Assembly: GCA_964016885.1 (NCBI GenBank)
Contig: OZ024745.1
Location: 74,276,001 to 74,340,000 of the forward strand
Direction: 5' to 3'
Length of the DNA stretch: 64,000 bases
From: Eledone cirrhosa
Taxonomy: Eukaryota
Shown here: piece after piece, positions 37,461-49,858 of the stretch
Layout of the letters: every line of letters starts with the position of its first letter
Numbering within the stretch: the first letter of the stretch is position 1
The notes under the pieces: model-generated
Databases searched by the model: none
Seen by the model: the letters and a program-made list of their open reading frames with translations, nothing else
Told to the model about the DNA's origin: nothing
Position numbers and translations under genes: made by a program

Positions 37461-38284
37461 AATATAATCTGACCACATATCCCTTTACCACCAATATAAT
37501 CTAACAACACATCCCTTTACCCACCAATATCATGTAACAACACATCCCTTTACCCACCAATATCATGTAACAACCCATCCCTTTACCCACCAATATAATC
37601 TTACAACCCACCCCTTTACCCACCAATATCATCTAGCAACATATCCCTTTACCCACCAATATAATCTTACAACCCACCCCTTTACCCACCAATATCATGT
37701 AACAACACATCCCTTTACCCACCAATATAATCTAACAACACATCCCTTTACCCACCAATATAATCTAACAACACATCCCTTTACCCACCAATATAATCTT
37801 ACAACCCACCCCTTTACCCACTAATATTATCTGGCCACATATCCCTTTACCCACCAATATAATCTAGCAACCCACCCCTTTACCTACCAATATAATCTGA
37901 CCACACATCCCTTTACCCACCAATATAATCTGGCCCCACAATCCTTTACCCACCAATATAATCTGGCCACCCATCTCTTTACCCACAAATATAATCTGAC
38001 CACACATTCCTTTACCCACCAATATAATCTAGCAACCCACCCCTTTACCTACCAATATAATCTTACAACCCATCCCTTTACCCACCAATATAATCTTACA
38101 ACCCATCCCTTTACCCACCAATATCATCTCGCAACATATCCCTTTACCCACCAATATAATCTGGCCACATATCCCTTTACCCACCAATATAATCTTACAA
38201 CCCACCCCTTTACCCACCAATATAATCTAGCAACATATCCCTTTACCCACCAATATAATCTGACCACACATCCCTTTACCCACA
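37461..38284. repeat. 33-bp minisatellite, 25 copies (AATATAATCTNNCAACNCATCCCTTTACCCACC)
   Basis: Counted unit by unit; constant 33-bp period except a 32-bp first unit. Confidence 0.97.
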
Positions 38285-38346
38285 AATTATGTACAATTGT
38301 TATATGATCTGAGTTTTAGTAGTAAAAAAAAATTTATAATTTTCCT

Positions 38347-38435
<89 letters not shown>
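38347..38435. repeat. (CT)n-(TA)n compound microsatellite
   Basis: Direct reading. Confidence 0.97.
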
Positions 38436-38437
<2 letters not shown>

Positions 38438-38765
38438 TCATCATCATCGTTTAAAGTCCATCTTCCACGCTAGCATGGGTTAGACGGGAGTTGTCCCACT
38501 TGAGGCAAGGTTGGTCGGGTGACAGTGTCTCACTCATATAGGACTATCTGGAAGGCTTTCTATGGCTGGATGCCCTTCCTAACACCAACCACATTTACAA
38601 TGTGGGACTGGGAACTTTTTACCGTTTACCTACACGGCCACATTACAGCGTGGACTGTGAGTTTTTTTTTTTTTGTTTTTGTATTTTTTTGTCGTGACAC
38701 CTACACAATCTCGATCTCATTATCTCATTTATTTGGACTGGATGTTGTGATACCAACTTTACAGA
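38435..38765 (-). mobile_element. SINE family C
   Basis: (CAT)n CGTTTAAAGTCCATCTTCCACGCTAGCATGGGTTAGAC...GGATGCCCTTCCTAACACCAACC. Confidence 0.88.
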
Positions 38766-38869
38766 GAGAGGGTGGTGTTGGTGGGAGTGGGAGGATGGAG
38801 TAGGGGTAGTGGATTGGCGTGTATATTTGGTTAAGAGGTGCCTACTGACTATAGGTTTCGCTTTGTTCA

Positions 38870-39018
38870 TAGGCAAGGCGGGTCTTCTGTATTACTGCGT
38901 AGCGCCTTAGATCTCGGTCCAGTGACATTGTCTTAGAGAGGTGCAAGTGTGTAAGGTCAGAATTTATCAAGTCATCCCAGGTTTTGCTGGGTCTACCTAC
39001 TCCGTAACTTACATCAAT
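38870..39018 (-). mobile_element. RTE-clade LINE 3' fragment
   Basis: IDVSYGVGRPSKTWDDLINSDL...DRDLRRYAVIQKTR; same family as 3733 and 63835. Confidence 0.75.
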
Positions 39019-39353
39019 TTTGTATATATATTTATATGTGTGTATGTGTGTGTGTATATATGTATGTTTGTGTATAGCAGGTTCTGTTCTCTCTGTCAGC
39101 AATTAGTTTTATTTCACATGGTTTAATCTAATGTTTAGTAGGAACACAGATTTGCAGATACACATGCACAGAAAAAATACTTGTGCACAACAATGATATT
39201 GCAAAATCATGAATTCATCAAATTAACATAAGCAATCTCAATTTCCTTACAAAGCTTGTTTAGCATCATAGTGGTGGTTTTCATACACTAGTGTTCACAG
39301 TTGCATTGAAACAAAAGTCCTGCTTTGTTATGTCAATATATCTTTACATTTAA

Positions 39354-39567
39354 CCCTTTAGCATTTTCATTACTCTATATTTACTATTGTATTTGTATTT
39401 TCACGGTAAAGGCTTTATCTCACATAATATCGAATCTATGAAATTTTGATATTATTTATTTTGAGAACAATACTTTAACATCAGTATGAGTGGCTAGTTA
39501 CAGCCAGTTTGAACAGAAAGAGGTGAGAGAATTCTGGCCGGATACAGCCAGTTTAAATGCTAAAGGG
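39354..39567. mobile_element. piggyBac-like MITE with 13-bp perfect TIRs and TTAA TSD
   Basis: TTAA|CCCTTTAGCATTT ... AAATGCTAAAGGG|TTAA. Confidence 0.9.
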
Positions 39568-40353
39568 TTAAACCTACAATATGGATCATACGCATGCAGT
39601 GTTAAATATAGAATAGAGAATTGTCATCACCATTGTTTAATGCCTGTTTTCCCTGTTAAGAAGCATTAGAGGTGTCATCACAGACCAGTCAGTAATTTAG
39701 GGAGCCTCTGACCCCCAGGTGGGCCTGACATATGATCCTGTATGCTACCAACTGTACTTCATCATGGCACTAACAGGAGAGAATGTGTCATGTCTTTCCT
39801 GCTTTTTGTTTGGCTGCTTTTCTATGGGTGAATGGGTGTCCTTCTTATCACCCATCACTTTACAGAATGTACTGCATGTGTTTCTCAGGTAGGTCACCAA
39901 CACTAAGGAGCTTTTCATATCTATGGCACAGGTGAAGAGTTCATAATTCTTTTGTTCATAGTGAAAATGAAATAGAATATATTGGAGTGCTTTCATGGAA
40001 TAAAACTATTGTAAATGAATAGGTGCTGTTAATGCCATACTCATTAATGTATACTTATACATTTTATATATACCTGTCCTAGAATATGTGCAAATTCTTT
40101 TTCACAAACTTTTTATGGTTTATTTTAAAATAGTAAGTGTTGTACTGCTCTGCTGATATTCTATAATCTATATGATGTGAAAGATTTGATCCCAGACCTT
40201 AAGCAATGTGATGTAACATAATGATCAGATACTATAAATGACGTGTGACGTTTTAGTCACATCTCACCAGTTCCATGGAAACCATAAATGTGTAATAGAC
40301 TGATGGTAGACCAAAGATGAGATGATGCATCACTGTCATACAGATCTTCTTCT

Positions 40354-40404
<51 letters not shown>

Positions 40405-40905
40405 CATACCCCTCTCCCTGTCTCCCTTATCTCTCTCATTTAGGTATCCTTACAACATCATCAGGAGATCAGGACCCATGAAAGTATGGGATTTCTATGA
40501 TGCCTATAACTTCCCATTTTACCCTCCAAAAACATCTCAGGCTTTTTTCACTTTAAAAGTCAAAGCCCTTACAACCATCTCCATATGATCCAGCTGGTCT
40601 CCCAACCAAGACCGACTAAGGTCATAGATATTATCTAACAATCTTGCTCATTGTCTACCTTTAGGTCTCCTTCTGGTTATCTTTTCCCATAAAATCTGTC
40701 CTGGTTTCTTTTCTTAGACATTCTAAATACACTTAATAATGAAATAATTTTATTATACCCTTCCAAATGTTTCATTAAATAATTCAAATACAATGTATTT
40801 TATTAGAAATGTGGTAATGAAAGGATTAAAGCCATAACAAAATTGCCATTTAAGATGACAAATCAGCTGGCCCCTCAGTTGTCTATGCCTATTATAAAAA
40901 ATAAT

Positions 40906-41061
40906 TGTTTCTACTTTAGGCACAAGGCCAGCAATTACCCAGTACATTACTGGTACTTTATTTTATCGACCCCGTAAGGATGAAAGGCAAAGTTAACCTC
41001 GGCAGGATTTGAACTCAGACTGTAAAGGGACGTAACTATGCTAGAAAGCATGGCGTCCAAC
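40906..41061 (-). mobile_element. SINE family A, 5' truncated, 18-bp TSD
   Basis: CCTATTATAAAAAATAAT on both sides; body matches the 8179 copy. Confidence 0.92.
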
Positions 41062-42123
41062 CCTATTATAAAAAATAATGAAACTAGTTTGTACTCCCTA
41101 TCAACCGCTTCAGAAGCAGATCCTGTTCTTATATAGGCATAATCAAGATGTTCTAGAACAGCCAGTTTCAGCCATATTACTCATTCTATCTTGGTAAACC
41201 TTTCACTAGTGAGGCTTGAAAAGAGCTACTTAGACTGAGCAATCAACTATGCTTGTCACTGGATCATCATAATCCAGTTTTTGATTATGCAGGACACAAT
41301 TAATCCCTAAATAAGGGTGAATTCTGCCTGATAGTGCTCCTTAGCCTCCCACTCCATGTGTTTCTGTCCACTGGTCTCACTTGGACCAGGCCAAGCTTAG
41401 CTTGATCCTGACAGACATCCTCCATCCAAGTCCTTTTTGGTCTTTTTAGGCCTCTACTGCCTCCTGGATTGACATTCCTTAAGGAAACTATACTTCCAAT
41501 GAAACTTTACTAGTTAAAAGTTCTTATTTTATCTGGTGGAAGTGTGAAAGTAAAACATAATTTTGATCAGTTGGAATATGTAATAGCTAATTTCCCTACA
41601 TTTGTATTTGTGTACACCAGAGATGAGTCGAGCCAATTTATACTGTGACAGTGATTTCAGCTTTCTAGTGACAAATTCAAATAGGTTGTACATCAAATAC
41701 TTCTATAATAATTTTATGTTTTTATATTGTAAAAAATAAAGATAAGTATGAACATCCTAGTATTAGAGAAAAGTATTCTATGCTTGACTGAAACTCAACT
41801 TGTTCTGGTCTCTTCTAGCAATCTGATTACTACAACAAACACAGGGAAGATGATAATGTCATCAGAAGTTAGGTAAATCAATTGAAATAAGGAAGGAGTC
41901 TGAAAAAAATTCATTATTATGTCTCAAAGCCAATTGTGTTGTTGGCATTTACTATATATTTTATTCTATTTATGAAAATAAATTGAATTTAGTGGAAGAT
42001 TTAAAAAATCTCAGCTGTTAACAGCTGGGATTAAGTCCGTTTTGTTTTATTGTTTTTGTTGAATAGCTTCAGTGAAGTCTGTATGCTCAGAGATATATAG
42101 CTTCCTTGTTGACAATATTTATA

Positions 42124-42309
42124 CAGGGTGTATCAAAAAGAATCATCCAATCTTATTTACAATTTTTACAAATACTCATTATGTAAATAACTTTTATAAA
42201 AAAATAAAATTTATCATCAGCCATTTATTGTACAAGTTGCCACATGATTATATGATCATTTGTTTAAACAATATAGCCTTTTGAAAAATAGTCATTTTGA
42301 TACACCCTG
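42124..42309. mobile_element. Tc1/mariner-type MITE, 15-bp TIRs, TA TSD
   Basis: TA|CAGGGTGTATCAAAA ... TTTTGATACACCCTG|TA; 186 bp, no ORF. Confidence 0.92.
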
Positions 42310-42664
42310 TACTTAGCATTTCAAACTCAATATAGTCATGGTGTTCTCAGCATTTTTCTAACATTTTATATTGGCTTAGTAAACTAAGATTTGGCTCTTG
42401 GAAATATGTAGTCCTGACACTGAACATTATAATATTTAGATTGCTATATTAGATAGTGTTGGTTGACTGGAACAGTTGACACCTCTCACTTGTAAAATGT
42501 CTTTTTGCTGCAAAGCTTAGCTGCAGTTAAATGAAGATTTGGAGAGAGAATTAATAAATATTATAGGAATGTTGCACATTAGAATCCAAAGAACTTTCTA
42601 GTGATATTAAATAATAATTAAACAAGCTTTGTAGAATATAAAGTTATTTTTTAACGACTCCGCT

Positions 42665-43012
42665 TCTTCTCAGGTCTTAAATAATGGGGGTGGTTGGAAT
42701 AAGCAGGGTGGGGATGGAAAATCAGTAATTTTTCTAAGTTGTCTCCATTAATTTCTTTTAAAAACCAGAATTAGTGGTTTAGTTTAAATATTGATCCCCC
42801 AACCCATCCTATTCATTTTATAACTTATGGGATTTCTAGTAATGAAATTTTTTGGTCATGTGTAATGTTTTTGAATGTATAAAGAAAGATTCTGCCAGAG
42901 ATAGATTAGCAAAATCTAATAAGCACAGGGGGAGGGGGATAAAAGCAGGGGAGTTGGAAAAAATCTGAAAATTTAATAAACGAGAGAGGGGACTATTCAA
43001 GATTGGAGAATA
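42665..43012 (+). mobile_element. Non-autonomous DNA transposon or MITE, second copy of 15910-16245
   Basis: Collinear similarity to 15910-16245 over about 300 bp. Confidence 0.7.
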
Positions 43013-43917
43013 GTTTCAGGTAGTTTCAGTTCATACTTGTAGGTTCACTTGTGTATCACATTGGCCGATAATGTTGTTTGACCTCTATTGGTTTCAACAA
43101 TTGTTCCAGTTATTTGTGAAATTAATATGCAAGTGACAAAGCATTCCGCAGACACGTGTATCCTTAATGTAATTCTCAGGGAGATTCAGCATGACACATA
43201 GAGTTACAAGGCTGGCCCTTTGAATTACCTGCACAACTAATGTTCCCAGTTGAGTGGAATAGAGCAACATAAAATACTATGTTTTGCTCAACATTACAAC
43301 TCACAACCAAAGACCTTAACCACTAAGCTACATGCCTTCACTAGGTGATAATACCATTGGAAAATCAATGTCACAACTCTCATTTTACTCTGGCCCTAAA
43401 GTCATTGAAATTGATCTTCCCTATGTTATTACTATGCTATAGAAAGTTTCCTTTTCTTGTAGTGTACTAACAGAAAATATAGCTCATAATGTATCACATA
43501 TTTATATATAAGAATATATATATATAAACATGAAGTACTAGTCAACAGGTTATATATATAGCACCATCATCGTTTTTATGTCCACTTTTCCATGCTTATA
43601 TCTATATGTGTGTGTATGTGTTGGTGTGTGTGTGTGTTTCTGTCCGTAGTGTATTGTATGACTGAATTATATAAGTTGTATTGTGCAATATTTTTGGTAC
43701 TACTACTGTCAATAATGACAATAATGGTGATGATTTATTTTTGCATTAACAGCATGTCTTATATTTATTTATATATATGAGAGTAAAATAGGAAGGTAGG
43801 ATATTTTTGTTTTGCCAAGAATGTGGTATTGATTTATGTGATGTCCAAACTAAGTTACAGAAAACTTTACACCGCACCAGTAACAACAGACAATAATAAT
43901 AATTATTATTTCTACAT

Positions 43918-44272
43918 TTGGAGGATTGGCAGTATTGGTAGAGTGTCGGACAACATGTTAGGCAGCATAGAGTTAGGTTCTCAGTTCAAATCCCGCTGAG
44001 GTTAGCTGATCATGTAAAATGGAGAAGACTGATTGCCCAATATGCCCCAGGGCATTAGACGACCTAAGACTAAGACTTATCCAATATATTTTTTCATTTC
44101 CAATCTACTGCCCTAAACTAATTCTGCAATAATATTAATAATGGTTTCTTATTTAGGCACAAGGCCAGCAATTTGGGGGAGGGGAAAATCAATTGAATCA
44201 ACCCTAGTGCGTGACTGGTACTTTATTTTATCGACTCCCGTAAGAATGAAAGGCAAAGCTAACCTCAGCAGG
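43918..44272. mobile_element. Rearranged SINE family A (5' half +, 3' half -)
   Basis: Head at 43918-44007 ends in CTGAGGTTAGCT; the core and tail at 44137-44272 are inverted and overlap the same 12 bp. Confidence 0.75.
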
Positions 44273-44485
44273 TATTGTAGTCCTAGATACACCATCGACT
44301 TGCTAAGAATAGCTGCCAATTTGTATGGTGGGATTTAAGGGAGATTTGGCAACTATTCTTAGCAAGTCAATGGTGTATCTCGGACTACAATATTCAATTT
44401 GTATGATGTGACTCGAGGGAGTATCTAAGTCTTAGATATACCACACTAGGTTAGACATTACTAAAATGTCTTCCATTATAGCTAG

Positions 44486-44590
44486 CATGGGGCAAACAAC
44501 AACAACAAAGAAACAGAATATGATAATGGAGACTTGGGGTCTCCACTGGGAACGTTGCAAGAGAATACAGACGTATTCTTACTGACTCAA
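44486..44590 (+). CDS. Candidate 105-nt internal exon of an unidentified host gene (HGANNNNKETEYDNGDLGSPLGTLQENTDVFLLTQ)
   Basis: Non-repetitive island; ACTAA branch-like motif, TCTTCCATTATAGCTAG acceptor, open phase-0 frame, CAA|GTGGGT donor, length divisible by 3. No homology recognised. Confidence 0.35.
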
Positions 44591-45065
44591 GTGGGTGTTG
44601 TTAGGGTTAACTTGCTTTGCTTCTCATTTTGATGGCATTGTCTTCTATTATATATATTTATTTATTTATATATCAAAATATATTTTAGAAGAAAAACGAA
44701 AGTGGGACAGCAGTTGTTTTTTTTTTATTTATTTATTTATTTATTTTGTTGTTTTTTTTGGTAAAATTTGTTTAAAAAAATTGAAAAGGCATCAATTAAA
44801 TGTTTCCAAAATGGTTTTAGTAGACTAAACAATTTCTATATCCACACCCACTACTCCATAACCTTGGATAATTTCTTTTATTTATTTCTCCATATTTTAA
44901 ATTGTTCCAAATGTTTTGTATCTTTGTACTGAATCTATCCTCATAGGTCTTTGGCCTTAAATCTTTGGGGTAGAGTGTTTGTTTATTGTATGTATGCATA
45001 TGTGCATGCCTGTCTGCCTATGTCTCTATATTTATTTTGTAAACTACATGTTTGTATTCATAAAT

Positions 45066-45512
45066 ATGTATGTGATGTGTGTGTCCATGCATCATGTATA
45101 TATGTGTGTGTTTGTGTGTATGTGTAATGCGTCTGTGTGCATGCATCATATATATATATATATGTGTGTATGTGTGAGGTGTCTGTGCATGCATCATATG
45201 TGTGTATGTGTGATGTCTGTGCATGCATTGTGTGTGTGTATGTGTGCATACATCATATATATATATATATGTGTATGTGTGAGGTGTCTGTGCATGCATC
45301 ATATGTGTGTGTGTGTTTGTATGTGTGATGTATCTGTGCATACATCGTGTGTGTGTATGTGTGCATACATCATATATATATATATATGTGTGTATGTGTG
45401 AGGTGTCTGTGCATGCATCATATGTGTGTGTGAGGTGTCTGTGCATGCATCGTATGTGTGTTTGTATGTGTGATGTATCTGTGCATACATCGTGTGTGTG
45501 TATGTGTGCATG

Positions 45513-45520
<8 letters not shown>
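45066..45520. repeat. Complex TG-rich satellite (GTGAGGTGTCTGTGCATGCATCATATGTGTGT variants)
   Basis: Tandem and higher-order copies read directly. Confidence 0.9.
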
Positions 45521-45545
<25 letters not shown>

Positions 45546-45549
<4 letters not shown>

Positions 45550-46664
45550 GAAGTTCTATTTAAATTGTTGGGATACAAGAAGCAAATATTTTTATAACTG
45601 ATATAAAGCACTCAACAAATTATTGGAGTAAAAATACGATATATTAACAAATGGAAACTATATTTATAAAACCATATTTATTTCATTATACATATTTCAA
45701 GGACATCAAGTTAAATTATGGTGTGCTTTCATAAAATATAATATAGATCAGTTTTATAAATAAATATTGACATACCCTTAAAGAATGCGACCATTTCAGT
45801 TGGAAGCTCCCGGATAGTGGGGTTATAAATTTATTTATACTATTATGCAAATTAGTGTCGGATATTTTAAAATCACAGTAGATTTAAAATAAGGGGTATG
45901 GAGAAAGGGAAAGAGAAAAAAAGAAAAAAGAGAAAAAAGCAAACTTTAAGAGGAAAATAAGAAAACAAGAATGTGTAGGTATTTATATATATATATATTT
46001 ATATGTATATGTATATATATGAATATATTCTTTTAATAATATATGGGTTTTAATAATATATAGATTTTTTAATAATATATAGATCTCAACTTTTAATGTA
46101 TAGATCTCAATAATTTAATTGATAATTTAATTGATAAACTAAACATTTAATCATATTTAAACACTGGTTAAAATTCATTTTCCACTCACGCTTATTTTCC
46201 ATTCACGCTTATTTAATTTACTCATCCAAAAAATATTTATTTTTTCACTTCATCTTAAAAGTTATGCTAATACAACAACCTATCACTTAGGACTTTCTCT
46301 TTCTCTTTCCTCTTTTCTTTTCTTTCCCTTTTTCTTGTTTTCTTATTTTCCTCTTAAAGTTTGCTTTTTTTCTCTTTTTTCTTTTTTTCTCTTTCCCTTT
46401 CTCCATACCCCAACGGCTTATTTTAAATCTACTGTGATTTTAAAATATCCGACACTAATTTGCATAATAGTATAAATAAATTTATAACCCCACTATCCGG
46501 GAGCTTCCAACTGAAATGGTCGCATTCTTTAAGGGTATGTCAATATTTATTTATAAAACTGATCTATATTATATTTTATCTGATGAAAGCACACCATAAT
46601 TTAACTTGGGTGTCCTTGTAATATGTATAATGAAATAAATATGGTTTTCATTTGTTAATATATC

Positions 46665-46668
<4 letters not shown>
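45546..46668. mobile_element. Second fold-back hammerhead-bearing element (Penelope-pLTR-like)
   Basis: Left arm 45546-45971 and right arm 46332-46668 are reverse complements around a ~360-bp AT-rich spacer. Homologous to 11291-12141 and flanked by (TA)n. Confidence 0.9.
46572..46637 (+). ncRNA. Hammerhead motif with core mutation (GAAA to GUAA)
   Basis: UAUUUUAU CUGAUGA AAGCACACCA...GGGUGUCCUU GUAA UAUGUA UA AUGAAAUA. The mirror copy at 45679-45739 keeps GAAA but lost 5 nt that break CUGAUGA. Confidence 0.7.
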
Positions 46669-46694
<26 letters not shown>

Positions 46695-46695
<1 letters not shown>

Positions 46696-47446
46696 CTCTA
46701 GCAGAATGGCCCGGCATTGGTCGGGCTTCTAAACATAGATTGGCATGTTTATCCCTCCTTTCTAAAACAGTACAGAGAAGTACGGAATACCTCAGCCTGG
46801 GGATGGTGTCTACATTTTGTGCTTATAAAAAAAATTTGTCGTAGATTACCAGCGGTTTAACTTAATTAGGTGCCTGAGAGTAAAATGTTCAACCCACAAA
46901 AGCCAAGACGATAGTGTTAAGTAAAAAGGCATTCAACAAACCGAACATGTATTTGATGTGCTATGGTACAATGAAAGTTACAGAGCAGTAAGCATGTGGG
47001 ACTGCAGTGGTGGAGAGCATGAAGGAATTTAGTTTGATACTTTTAAGGTTGCAAAATTCTACCCAATCTGATATAGACTGAACTGTTATATCGGATGCCG
47101 AACGCTTCGGAGTTACAATTGGGGTCACCATCAACAATTTCAATTGGTGTACATTTTTAACTAGGGATAGGGATAATATAGTCTATAAAGAGAGGTAACT
47201 CTTTCAAAATACTAAAGAGTTGTCTCTCTTGAACATTGTAGACAAAAAGGGCTTAAAGTTTTAGTGAAAAAAATGCCTTTAACAACAGAAAATTGAAAAA
47301 TAAAAGCTGCAGTTAATATCTTTAAACCGCAAGGAATATATAAATGCAAGTTTGAAGTTAATCGGAGTAGAAATGTGGATTTGTATAGACTTTCCAAAAT
47401 TAGGGGACACACACAGACAACTTCAGTTTTATATATATGTATAGAT
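46695..47446 (+). mobile_element. Non-autonomous Helentron/HINE-like rolling-circle element
   Basis: One end CTAGCAGAATGGCCCGGCATTGGTCGGG (short hairpin), other end ACACACAGACAACTTCAGTTTTATATATATGTATAGAT; no TIRs or ORF. The layout resembles DINE-1/HINE elements. Confidence 0.65.
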
Positions 47447-48540
47447 ATATACATATTATGAGTCTGTGCATGCATGGGTTTGTATGTGCCTGTGTGTGAG
47501 TACATATTTATAAATATGTGTTTATGTGTGTATCTGTATGTGTGTATGTGGAATGCTGTGTGACTACATATTACAAACACAAATTAATTCATAAAATGTT
47601 AAAGCTTTTATTTCTTCTTTTCTTTTTGTTTGTTTGGTGGCGGTGCAAACATTGTTTTCTTTTAATCTAATTCATTGGTTGTTACAATGATGATGATGTT
47701 CATGTTATTATTGTTATTGTGGTAACAGCGTCTATGTGTCTGTTTTTAGTCAGTCAACTTTAGACACTTGCAACAGACTCTAGCATCCCGTTTTTTTTTT
47801 TGTTTTTTGTTTTTTGTTTTTTGTTTTTTGTTTTTTGTTTTTGGGGGGGAGGGGGGGTCCCTTTCTCCACCAACCTCCCACAAGTGCAATTTCAATTACT
47901 AACATGCTGCATTTGTCTTATAATCATAATCTACTCTCTATTCTCTCCCCTCCCCCTTCATTGCCTGCCCTGTCTTTCTCCCCCTTCCACTCTGTGTCTT
48001 CCTTCCTGTCTCTGATTTATCTATCTATCTGTCTATTTACTTCTCACTTTTTGGCTCTGACTTTTTAGTTCATAATTATGTTCATCTCTCTCTCCCTTCT
48101 TTTGGGGGTCTCTATGAACCCCTAAGAAGGGTTCCAATGTCATGTGCCACCACCCATCCAGCCACACACACACACACACTCCACTTCTCTTATATTAATA
48201 TTTGTTTACACATAGGTATTAGCAAACTTAATGTTTTGATAGCAATATGATATTCATTTACATACACATACACACACACACTGTATAAGTGAAGAAAAAA
48301 AAGATGCATACACATATTAAATAATGCAGTATACAAACATGCAAAATTTGAAACAATAGTCACTTGTTTGTGTTTTCATATGTGCATGTGCAAGTATGTG
48401 TTTGTGTTTTTATGTGTGCATGTGCAAGTGTGTGTTCGTGTTGCTATCTTTGTTAATAATTTATTGTTTACATATATAATTAGTGAAAGATGGCAGAATT
48501 GAGAGAGTATCAGATATTGTATCTTGTAGTATTAAGTTCA

Positions 48541-48831
48541 TGGAGGCGTGTGGCCAAGTGGTAAGGGTGTGGGACTTACGATCATAATCTCATGGGTTTG
48601 ATTCCTGGGCTGGGTTGTGTGCTGCGTTAGGGAACAAAACACTTCATTTCAGATTGCTCCAGTATATTCAGCTGAAAATAAGTACCAGCAATAGCTGGGG
48701 GTTTAATCCTGCGATAGACTGGAGTCCTGTCCATGGGGGAGTTTTGTACTCTCAGTTGCTTCACACCACAAAACTGGCATAAGCACTTGCCTGACAAGCC
48801 ACCTAGCTTGACACAGACTTTAGACTAGACT
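48541..48831 (+). mobile_element. SINE family B, full length, nested in an older family-A copy
   Basis: GGAGGCGTGTGGCCAAGTGG A-box, GGTTTGATTCC B-box, (AGACT)n tail, imperfect TSD TAGT(A/G)TTAAGTT. Confidence 0.88.
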
Positions 48832-48939
48832 TAGTGTTAAGTTATATCTCTGTAAAATCAGTGTACAAATCCTGTTCAGATACTTGTACACTATATCTTT
48901 CATCCTTTCAATATTGATCTAATTCTATTTACTAGTGAT

Positions 48940-49283
48940 GGCAACACTGCAAAAAATGCCCAGCCCACATTGTAAAGTGGTTGTGATGGTGACACGGCCA
49001 AAAGCACCCAGTACACACTGTAAAGTGGTCATGTATGTGTCACACCAAAAAGCACCCTGTCCACACTGTAAAGTAATGTATGTATCATGACAAAAAGCAC
49101 CCAGTACTCACTGTAAATGAGGTTGGCATTAGGAAAGGCATTCAGCTATAGAAACCAAGCCAAAGTCAGTTCTGTATAAGCAAGACATGGTCACCTGACT
49201 TGGCATTGCTTACAACAGGATAACTCATCTAACCCATGCCAGCATAAAAAAATGGACGTTAAACATTGATGATGATGATGATG
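48940..49283 (+). mobile_element. SINE family C with internal 41-bp repeats
   Basis: Same structure as 35375-35848. Confidence 0.88.
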
Positions 49284-49396
49284 AGTCAAGTACTGGAGCA
49301 ATATAATCAACTATATGTCTGAAAATTGCCCAATAATTGAAGTCAGTAAAATAATAATAGAATGTAATTTAGAGTTTGTTAGACATAAAATCTTGC

Positions 49397-49858
49397 TTAT
49401 CCCATTCATTATCATATTTCTAATTAGAGACAGTGTCTATAATTTTCAAGAATTTTGAAAATAATCAAGAATTTGGAAGAATTTAATAATATAACTAACT
49501 TTCTCATTATTAAATTGGTGTTTAGAACATAATTTAACAAAGGTTCTTACATAAAATTATGATGGAAAGTTTTTAGATAAATATAAGCTTAAGGGTGAAA
49601 AAGTGCCAAGAAATGTCGGTGGAGGGAAGCTGCAGTTGAGGGAGGTCAAAAAAGACCTAGACAGGTTGTGGGAACTAATCTCAAATTGCTGAAGCTCACA
49701 GAGGATAAAACAAAGGGCTGCAACAAGTGGAAGGATACAAGCATGGAAAAGCAGACATAAAGTAATGATGATGATGATGATGATAAGCATTTTAAAATAA
49801 ACAATTTTGTACAGACACACAGAGTGATTTCAGGCAGTTTGGTGTTAAAAAGGTTAAA
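49397..49858. mobile_element. piggyBac-like MITE interrupted by an RTE/SINE-tail fragment (about 49590-49785)
   Basis: Both halves are collinear with 16631-16863; ATAAGC is repeated on each side of the insert. Confidence 0.7.

Noticed and set aside
37461-38284. CRISPR-like array (constant plus variable segments)
   Set aside because: The variable parts are only about 15 bp and are related variants that recur; there are no cas genes and the context is eukaryotic. It is a minisatellite.
48541-48612. tRNA gene
   Set aside because: The A and B boxes run directly into a SINE body found in several copies, and no intact cloverleaf is evident.
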